Program-made: the position numbers and the translations under genes | DNA from: Candidatus Pacearchaeota archaeon | Lineage (GTDB): Archaea > Nanobdellota > Nanobdellia > Pacearchaeales > GW2011-AR1 | DNA length: 41,247 bases | Direction of reading: 5' to 3' | NCBI GenBank assembly: GCA_023475035.1 | Contig: JAMCXF010000033.1 | Coordinates: 2,868-44,114, forward strand | Shown here: in pieces, positions 34,810 through 41,247 of the stretch | Numbering within the stretch: the stretch's first letter is position 1 | How the letters are laid out: each line of letters opens with the position of its first letter | Notes under the pieces: generated by a model | Databases searched by the model: none | What the model was told of the DNA's origin: nothing | Seen by the model: only the letters and a program-made list of their open reading frames with translations

Positions 34810-36542
34810 TCAATAACCGCTTTAATTCTTCTCACGCCCGCACTTGAACCTTCTTCTTTTGTTATATTGAAATGTCCGATTTCGCAGGTATTTTTTACAT
34901 GCGGGCCTGCGCAAATTTCTTTTGAAAAATCCTCGACAGTATAAACAGAAACTTTTTCCCCGTATTTTTTTTCGAACACTCCGATTGCTCCTTTTTTCTT
35001 TGCTTCTGCAGGAGACATTTCTTCTCTTCTTACTTCGCAGGATTTCTGAATCTGTGCATTTACCAAATCTTCAACTTTTTTTATTTCTTCAGCAGTAAGC
35101 TTTCTTGGAAAATTAAAATCAAGTCTTAATCTTTCAGAAGTTATGTTGCTTCCTTTTTGCATTATGTTTTCGTCGTCAAGAACAATTCTCAATGCAGACA
35201 AAAGCAAATGAGTCGCGGTATGAAGTCTTGTTGTTTTTTCTGACTGGTCTGAAAGTCCTGACTTGAATTTCCCCTGTGTCGCTGTCCGGGAAAGCTCCTG
35301 ATGTTTTGTTAACTCAATTTCAAATTCTTTTTTGTCAAATTTTATCTTTGATTTTTTGCATTCTTCTTCTATTAATTCCAAGGGAAAACCAAAACTTTGG
35401 TAAAGAAGGAATGCTTCTTTGCCTGATATTTTTTTGTTGGAAGCAAATTTGTTAAACTGGGAAATTCCCTTTTCCAAAGTTATCTGAAATTTCTTTTCTT
35501 CTTTGTCCAACTCTTCAAGAATTGCTCTTTTGTTTTCTTTTAATTCTGCGTAATCATCATAAATTTCAAAAACTGCCTTTGCAACTTCTGCAACAAAATT
35601 TTTCATTCTTAATTCATTTCCGTATTTTATTGCTCTTCTTATTAGCCTTCTGACAATATATCCCTGCTCTGTATTGGAAGGAACGATGCCGTCGGCAATT
35701 ATGAAAACTGCTGCTTTAAGATGGTCTGCAATTATTCTCATTGCTTTCTTGTTTCTGTTATATTTTTTTTCAGATATCTCTTCTACACTTTCAATTATCG
35801 GAAGAAAACAGTCTGTCAAATAGTTATCATCAAGCCCGTTAAGAACGGCCAGATTTCTTTCCACCCCTCCTCCGAAATCTATATTTTTTTGAATCAACGG
35901 AACAAATTTTCCTTCTCCTGTCTTGTTAAATTCCATTAACACATCATTTCCAATTTCAACCCAATTTTTATCTTTTGAATTAAATTTTTTCGGGGCTTTT
36001 TCTTTTCCTGTCCAATAAAACATTTCTGTATCAGGACCGCAAGGGCCTGTCTTTCCTGCAGGACCCCAAAAGTTATCGTCCAGCAATGCAATTCTCTCTT
36101 TTGGAATTCCTAACTTTTCCCAGACTTTCAGTGATTCTTCATCTTTTTTTATATTTTTATTTCCTGCAAAAACAGTCACTGCATAATTTTCAATCGGGAT
36201 TTTCAAAATTTTTTTGTGAAATTCAAAAGTGTATTCAATCGCTTCTTTCTTGAAATAATCACCAAGACTCCAGTTCCCCATCATTTCAAAAAAAGTATGA
36301 TGCACTTCATCTCCGACTTCGTCGATGTCTCCTGTTCTTATGCATTTCTGGACGTTGCAGATTCTTTTTCCCAAAGGATGCTTTTGCCCGAGAAGATAAG
36401 GAACAAGGGGATGCATTCCTGCTGTCGTAAAAAGCACTGTAGGGTCATTTTCAGGAATCAAACTTGCGCTTGGAATTTCCTTGTGCCCTTTTGATTTGAA
36501 AAAATCAATATATTTACCGATTAATTCTTTTCTACTTATCAT
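34806..36542 (-). CDS. alaS: Alanyl-tRNA synthetase, short bacterial-like form lacking C-Ala
   Basis: LIPENDPTVLFTTAGM, QKCIRTGDI, HHTFFEMMGNWS.GDYFK, HTATH and EICAGPH editing motifs; ends at GVRRIKAVID. Confidence 0.95.
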   Translation of the reverse strand: MISRKELIGKYIDFFKSKGHKEIPSASLIPENDPTVLFTTAGMHPLVPYLLGQKHPLGKRICNVQKCIRTGDIDEVGDEVHHTFFEMMGNWSLGDYFKKEAIEYTFEFHKKILKIPIENYAVTVFAGNKNIKKDEESLKVWEKLGIPKERIALLDDNFWGPAGKTGPCGPDTEMFYWTGKEKAPKKFNSKDKNWVEIGNDVLMEFNKTGEGKFVPLIQKNIDFGGGVERNLAVLNGLDDNYLTDCFLPIIESVEEISEKKYNRNKKAMRIIADHLKAAVFIIADGIVPSNTEQGYIVRRLIRRAIKYGNELRMKNFVAEVAKAVFEIYDDYAELKENKRAILEELDKEEKKFQITLEKGISQFNKFASNKKISGKEAFLLYQSFGFPLELIEEECKKSKIKFDKKEFEIELTKHQELSRTATQGKFKSGLSDQSEKTTRLHTATHLLLSALRIVLDDENIMQKGSNITSERLRLDFNFPRKLTAEEIKKVEDLVNAQIQKSCEVRREEMSPAEAKKKGAIGVFEKKYGEKVSVYTVEDFSKEICAGPHVKNTCEIGHFNITKEEGSSAGVRRIKAVID

Positions 36543-36617
36543 ACTGGGTTTAAGAAGCAACATTTTAAAAAAGTTGAGGTTAAGCGAAATTCTTATAAAG
36601 GATTTTCTTTAAGAACT

Positions 36618-37058
36618 TTGATGGAAAAACAAAAACGAATAACAATATTTGCTCCAGAGATAAAAGACAGGGAAGAAATTGGTTTGGCTGTTGAAAGTTA
36701 TTTCAAAAAAGAATTTGGGACTTATTTCGATGACTTGCAGATACAGAAGTATGCTTATACCAACGACCCAAAAAAGGAAGATGATTATCTTGGGCATTGG
36801 AATGAAGTTCTTGCTGTATTTGATCAGAGATTTGTGCCAAAAGAAAAACGTTGTAAGGATTTCAAAAATACTATTTACTTCAAATCACTGAAAGCATCTC
36901 ATGAAATGTCAATAAATCTCTGCAAGGATAAAAATATCCCCTATGTAATTTACAGAGGAGAAATAACAAAAAAACAAGAATACTTGTTTGTTATGGAGAT
37001 AAATAATCTTAAGGGAAAAATAAAAGACAGGCTTGAAGGATTAATAACTTCCGATTGA
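36618..37058 (+). CDS. Hypothetical protein (146 aa)
   Basis: Long ORF, protein-like composition; no motif recognised. Confidence 0.65.
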   Translation: MMEKQKRITIFAPEIKDREEIGLAVESYFKKEFGTYFDDLQIQKYAYTNDPKKEDDYLGHWNEVLAVFDQRFVPKEKRCKDFKNTIYFKSLKASHEMSINLCKDKNIPYVIYRGEITKKQEYLFVMEINNLKGKIKDRLEGLITSD

Positions 37059-37421
37059 TTTCAGTTTTTCCTGAATTTTTCTCAATTCCATTTCCAGACT
37101 TTCATCAAAATCTTTTCTTGGTGCTGTAACTTCTCTCCTGATTTCCACTCTCTTTGGCGTCTCCGGAATTTTCAAAAAAGGAAAAGAAGCTTTTGTTTTT
37201 CTTAACGCCAAATCAAGTTCCTTTATTGCTTTGTAAATTTTACCTCTTATTTCCAGTTCTTCTTTTCTCAGAGAATTATATCTTCGTGCGATTTTTATAA
37301 TGTTGAGGAATGACATTTCAGAAGAAAGAATTTGTTTTTTTGATTCTAAAGATTCGTAATATCCGACTCTGAAATAAACCGGATTTTCTTCTTCAACAGA
37401 AGGGAGATTTTTGGCTCTCAT
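37041..37421 (-). CDS. Hypothetical coiled-coil protein
   Basis: 126-aa ORF, start overlaps the upstream stop. Confidence 0.7.
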   Translation of the reverse strand: MRAKNLPSVEEENPVYFRVGYYESLESKKQILSSEMSFLNIIKIARRYNSLRKEELEIRGKIYKAIKELDLALRKTKASFPFLKIPETPKRVEIRREVTAPRKDFDESLEMELRKIQEKLKSIGSY

Positions 37422-37990
37422 TCTACCTGTGAAAAAATATTGCGGTCAATCTTTTCAATTTTTTCTTTCACTTGTTTAATTTCATCTTCCCACAAGGCCA
37501 ATTCTTTTTCTTCTTTTTCCCTTACACTTTTCACGTCGTTGAACATGCTTTCTATTTCTGAAATTTTTTCTCTTACCTGCTCAAAAGTTCTTGAACCTTC
37601 TTCAAACTTGTCTATTCTTATAAAAATTGGCTCGCGACTTCGCTCTGCCTCTCTTGACCTTGGCATTGTTCTCTGCAACATAGGATAATTTCTTGTTTCT
37701 GTTTCTCTTACAAGAGGCTTCTGCATCATCGGTATTTCTTCTGTAAATTCCTCTGCTTCAACCTCTTCCTCTTTTCTCCCAGTTATTGCTTCTTTGATTG
37801 TGTCTTGTGAGAATTTATTTCCTAAATTTCCATTTGGGAAGCTTGGAAGCTGAGGTAATGGTCCTTCAGAAATTTTTGATTCACTTATTTCAGTTTCGGG
37901 AAATTCTGGCAATTCAGGAAGCTGCGGAATCTCAGGAAGTTTTGGAACTTCTGTTTCCTCTTTTTTTTCTTTTTTCTTAAACAAAGCCAT
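37418..37990 (-). CDS. Hypothetical protein, Pro/Glu-rich N-terminus and C-terminal coiled coil
   Basis: LPE-type repeats; EPIFIRIDKF...EEKELALWE helix. Confidence 0.75.
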   Translation of the reverse strand: MALFKKKEKKEETEVPKLPEIPQLPELPEFPETEISESKISEGPLPQLPSFPNGNLGNKFSQDTIKEAITGRKEEEVEAEEFTEEIPMMQKPLVRETETRNYPMLQRTMPRSREAERSREPIFIRIDKFEEGSRTFEQVREKISEIESMFNDVKSVREKEEKELALWEDEIKQVKEKIEKIDRNIFSQVE

Positions 37991-38174
37991 ATTCTCTATA
38001 ATATATTTTGATAAATATAAAATGCAGAATAAGTTTAAAAATCTTTACAACTGAAAATAAAAATTTCACAATTAGTTGAACCGAAAGTAAAAAATAGTAT
38101 TTTTAACAATCGTTTCAGAAGAACTGAACCGAAACTAAAAACAGGAAATTTTTGTAATCGTTTTGATTCGCAAA

Positions 38175-38190
38175 CCGAAAGATATATATT
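38175..38190 (+). promoter_or_regulatory. BRE-TATA promoter of tfe
   Basis: ccgaaa-gatatatatt, ending about 22 nt upstream of ATG 38212. Confidence 0.6.
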
Positions 38191-38211
38191 TAACTTTTTT
38201 TTGATAATTCA

Positions 38212-38937
38212 ATGCTAAAAAAATTCTTAAAAGAAATCGTTGTCTCTATCGCCGGAAAACAGGCAGAAGGAATAATTGATTTATTCGACGGGAATAAATA
38301 TGTAAATGAATTCATCATCGCAAAAAAGCTAAACCTTACAATAAATCAGACGAGAAACATCTTATACAAGATATCTGATTACGGACTTGTTTCTTTTATC
38401 AGAAAAAAGGACAAGAAAAAAGGATGGTATACCTATTTTTGGAAAATAGAAATAATGAAGAGCCTTGAATTCCTGCGAGAAAATTTGCTGAAAAAGATGG
38501 AGCAAATTCAGCATCAAATTACCAGCAGAAAAACAAAAGAATTCTATGTCTGTGAAAGATGCAATATTGAATTTAACGAAGAGAACGCGCTTGTTCACAA
38601 CTTTATGTGCAATGAATGCGGGGAAATAATGCAGAGAAAAGACAATACTCCTGTAATAAAAGAATACAACAGAGACATAGACAAATTAAGAAAAGAACTT
38701 GAGCTTATTGATGATGAATTGAAAACTGAAAGGGAAAAACTTGAGAAGAGCAAAGCAAGAGAAAAGAAAAAAGAAGACAAGCTTAAGATGGAAGAAAAGG
38801 AGAAAAAAAGGAAGATTTCTGCTGCAAAGAGATTGGCTACTAAACAAACAAAAACTGCTAAAACGAAAGCAGTGCAAAAAACAAAAAAGGTTAAACTGAA
38901 ACCGTCTGTCAAAAATGCCAGACAAAAAAAGAAATAA
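38212..38937 (+). CDS. tfe: Transcription factor E (TFIIE alpha) with basic C-terminal tail
   Basis: Winged helix (IAKKLNL.IN..RNILYK..D.GLV...R.KD...GWY.YFW) plus zinc ribbon CERC...FMCNECG. Confidence 0.92.
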   Translation: MLKKFLKEIVVSIAGKQAEGIIDLFDGNKYVNEFIIAKKLNLTINQTRNILYKISDYGLVSFIRKKDKKKGWYTYFWKIEIMKSLEFLRENLLKKMEQIQHQITSRKTKEFYVCERCNIEFNEENALVHNFMCNECGEIMQRKDNTPVIKEYNRDIDKLRKELELIDDELKTEREKLEKSKAREKKKEDKLKMEEKEKKRKISAAKRLATKQTKTAKTKAVQKTKKVKLKPSVKNARQKKK

Positions 38938-39790
38938 AGTGGCTGATATCTACAAGATCCAAAACAGGAAAAGTAATTTATTTAATTTCAATATTGTATT
39001 TCTCTTGATCTTTCTTAATGTGATTATATTTGTTGCTGCAATAATCCTGACATTTATCTTCGGAGAATTTCAGATTTTTGATTTGCTTGCATTAAAGCCT
39101 GATTATATCAGCCAGGGGAAAAATTTATGGACTCTTTTGACGAGCATGTTCCTTCATGCGAATTTTGCGCATCTGTTCTTCAATATGATTTCTTTATTCT
39201 TTGTAGGAACTTTGCTTGAGAAAATCATCGGCAAAAAAAGATTCTTTGTTTTTTACATCCTCTCGGGGTTATTTGCAGGATTATTTTTTGCTCTCTTGTC
39301 GGGATTTTTTGGAAGCGGAATAATCGGAGAAAAAATATTCGGGAACCCAATGACTTTTGGTGTCGGGGCATCAGGGGCAATATTCGGCTTAGTAGGAATC
39401 CTTGCCGTTTTAATTCCTAAGAAAAAAATTTACTTAATCGGAGGACCTTTGATTGCAATAACAGCGCAGGCAATCTTTGAATCTATTTTTCCTGCAAATC
39501 CTTTTTCAAACATTCTTAATCTACTAATTAGCATTTACATCTTTTTCTCAATCTTTTCAATCTTTTCTTTTAATCCAAAATTCAAAAAGTTTGCAATTCC
39601 GATAGAAATGCCCTTTTGGCTAATCCCTATAATTGCTATTGTCCCTTTAATTATCATAGGGCTATTTGTTGAACTGCCTATCGGCAACATGGCACATCTT
39701 GGAGGATTAATTGCAGGACTTTCTTATGGGTTTTATCTTAAAAATAAATACAAGAGAAAAACAGAATACATACAGCAGATTTTTAGATAA
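38915..39790 (+). CDS. Rhomboid-family intramembrane serine protease
   Basis: WTLLTSMFLHA..HLFFNM, GASGAIFG, AHLGG.IAG. Confidence 0.93.
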   Translation: MPDKKRNKVADIYKIQNRKSNLFNFNIVFLLIFLNVIIFVAAIILTFIFGEFQIFDLLALKPDYISQGKNLWTLLTSMFLHANFAHLFFNMISLFFVGTLLEKIIGKKRFFVFYILSGLFAGLFFALLSGFFGSGIIGEKIFGNPMTFGVGASGAIFGLVGILAVLIPKKKIYLIGGPLIAITAQAIFESIFPANPFSNILNLLISIYIFFSIFSIFSFNPKFKKFAIPIEMPFWLIPIIAIVPLIIIGLFVELPIGNMAHLGGLIAGLSYGFYLKNKYKRKTEYIQQIFR

Positions 39791-39791
39791 A

Positions 39792-40388
39792 ATGAAAAAA
39801 GTAAAAAAATCTTTTGACATAATTAAGGAATATAAAAAAAGCTGGGAATATCTAAAAGAATCGAAGAATTTTATTTTTATTATAATCGGAATTTTTGTCT
39901 TTTTTGTTTTGGTTGGTTTTGTTATTCCTCCGCCTGAATTTATTTATAATGAAATAATGAAATTCGTTGAAGAACTTTTTGAAACAACAAAAGACATGTC
40001 AATGTCGCAATTGATTGGTTTTATCATATCAAACAACACAAAAAGCACTTTTTTTGGAATTCTTCTCGGAATGTTCTTTGGGATTTTTCCAATAATTAGC
40101 GCTATATCTAACGGATACCTGCTTGGTTTTGTTTCGGCATTGAGCGTGCAGAATGCAGGATTTTCTGTTTTGTGGAAACTTTTACCTCACGGAATTTTTG
40201 AATTGCCTGCTGTTTTTATTTCTCTTGGGTTGGGATTAAAATTAGGCACATTTATTTTCAAAAAAGAAAAAATGAAACATCTTAAAGAATATACAATTAA
40301 TTCTTTTAAGGTGTTCTTTTTGGTTATTGTTCCTCTCCTGATTATTGCAGGAATTATTGAAGGTACTTTGATGGTGTTATCTAAATAA
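39792..40388 (+). CDS. Stage II sporulation protein M-family membrane protein
   Basis: I..NN, NG.LLG, LLPHGIFELPA and LL.IAG.IE motifs. Confidence 0.88.
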   Translation: MKKVKKSFDIIKEYKKSWEYLKESKNFIFIIIGIFVFFVLVGFVIPPPEFIYNEIMKFVEELFETTKDMSMSQLIGFIISNNTKSTFFGILLGMFFGIFPIISAISNGYLLGFVSALSVQNAGFSVLWKLLPHGIFELPAVFISLGLGLKLGTFIFKKEKMKHLKEYTINSFKVFFLVIVPLLIIAGIIEGTLMVLSK

Positions 40389-40409
40389 ATTAAATAATAA
40401 AATTTTTAA

Positions 40410-40595
40410 TTAATCTTTCAAATCGCTTATTCCGAGCATTATGAAAATTGCTCCGACAAGGATTACAAGCCAGACTAATCCTCCCTTGAAGAAACTTAAA
40501 GCAGCATCTCCAAAGCTCCAGAAATTCATCCACCATACAAAGATTGCTCCGTTAAGGAAAATCAATCCCAGTAATATTTCCATCCATTTATTCAT
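40410..40595 (-). CDS. Small two-TM membrane protein
   Basis: MNKWMEILLGLIFLNG...IMLGISDLKD; two hydrophobic helices. Confidence 0.65.
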   Translation of the reverse strand: MNKWMEILLGLIFLNGAIFVWWMNFWSFGDAALSFFKGGLVWLVILVGAIFIMLGISDLKD

Positions 40596-40675
40596 TAAAA
40601 TCTTACATAAAATCAATTTAAAAAGATTTTTGTTTAAAATGATATATTTTTAAAATATCTATTTTATCCTACTTT

Positions 40676-41247
40676 ATGGTAACAAATACTGATAAAGAAA
40701 AAATTGCAAGAGAAAATGTACTTAGAGAATGCACATACGAACCTGAAGGGAAAACTATTCAGGGGTATGATTTTGATAATGGCGTAGATTATAAACAAAT
40801 CTTTGAAAGTTTTGAAACAACAGGATTTCAGGCAACTTCTTTTTTTAGAGCTAAAGAAATAATCCGAAAAATGATAGACAATCAAGCAACAATATTTCTG
40901 GGGTATACTTCCAGCATGGTGACTTCGGGGCTTAGAGATATTTTCAGATTTCTTGCCGAACATAAAAAAATCAACTGCATTGTAACTACTGGCGGCGGAA
41001 TTGAAGAGGACATAATGAAATGCCTCGGGACTTTTATTCTTGGAAAATTTACTGCCTCTGGAGTTGAATTGAGAAAAAAAGCAATTAACAGAACTGGAAA
41101 CATTTTTGTTCCTGATTCAAGATATTTGAAATTCGAAGAATTTGTAATGCCTGTTTTGCAGGAGCTTTATGATGAACAGAAAAAAACAGGAAAACCTCTT
41201 GTGCCTTCGCAATTAATCTGGAAATTAGGGGAATATCTAAAAGAATC
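40676..41247 (+). CDS. dys: Deoxyhypusine synthase, partial (runs off window)
   Basis: Hand translation: IQGYDF..GVDY, TTGFQAT, TIFLGYTSSMVTSGLR, IVTTGGGIEEDIMKCL, INRTGNIFVP. Confidence 0.95.
   Translation, partial: MVTNTDKEKIARENVLRECTYEPEGKTIQGYDFDNGVDYKQIFESFETTGFQATSFFRAKEIIRKMIDNQATIFLGYTSSMVTSGLRDIFRFLAEHKKINCIVTTGGGIEEDIMKCLGTFILGKFTASGVELRKKAINRTGNIFVPDSRYLKFEEFVMPVLQELYDEQKKTGKPLVPSQLIWKLGEYLKE

Noticed and set aside
42..41103. Numerous short Phe/Ser/Leu-rich ORFs in the track (e.g. 42-404, 4526-5014, 22572-23090, 33026-33574)
   Set aside because: They are antisense or off-frame shadows of well-supported Lys/Glu-rich genes.

Overview
AT-rich archaeal genomic window. The compact gene layout, short or absent leaders and DPANN-type surface proteins suggest a DPANN (Pacearchaeota/Woesearchaeota-like) organism; this is an inference. 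Most of it is housekeeping: Bud32, SRP54, FtsY, ApgM, GINS, r-proteins eS1/eL42/eS8/eS17, TFB, TFE, Lsm, RNase Z, EndA, GlyRS, LeuRS, AlaRS, rhomboid and deoxyhypusine synthase. There are six tRNA genes, two with canonical-position introns. Accessory content: a pilin-like 614-aa gene coupled to a 2282-aa Cys-rich secreted protein with NlpC/P60-like C-terminal modules, two surface glycoprotein genes, and an H-domain-only [FeFe]-hydrogenase-like gene. The most striking unexplained signal is a set of short, modular, hairpin-rich insertion elements with no mobilising gene in the window. They occur (i) in frame inside unrelated proteins (a 60-bp unit shared by ftsY and ORF 29266-30297; a long GC-rich insert with a G-quadruplex motif inside bud32), (ii) directly abutting the start codons of ftsY and rpl44e, and (iii) between three tRNA genes and duplications of their own 3' ends. 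SRP54 is frameshifted by a 22-nt insertion that is an inverted copy of a downstream part of the same gene. GlyRS carries an unusual N-terminal fusion.
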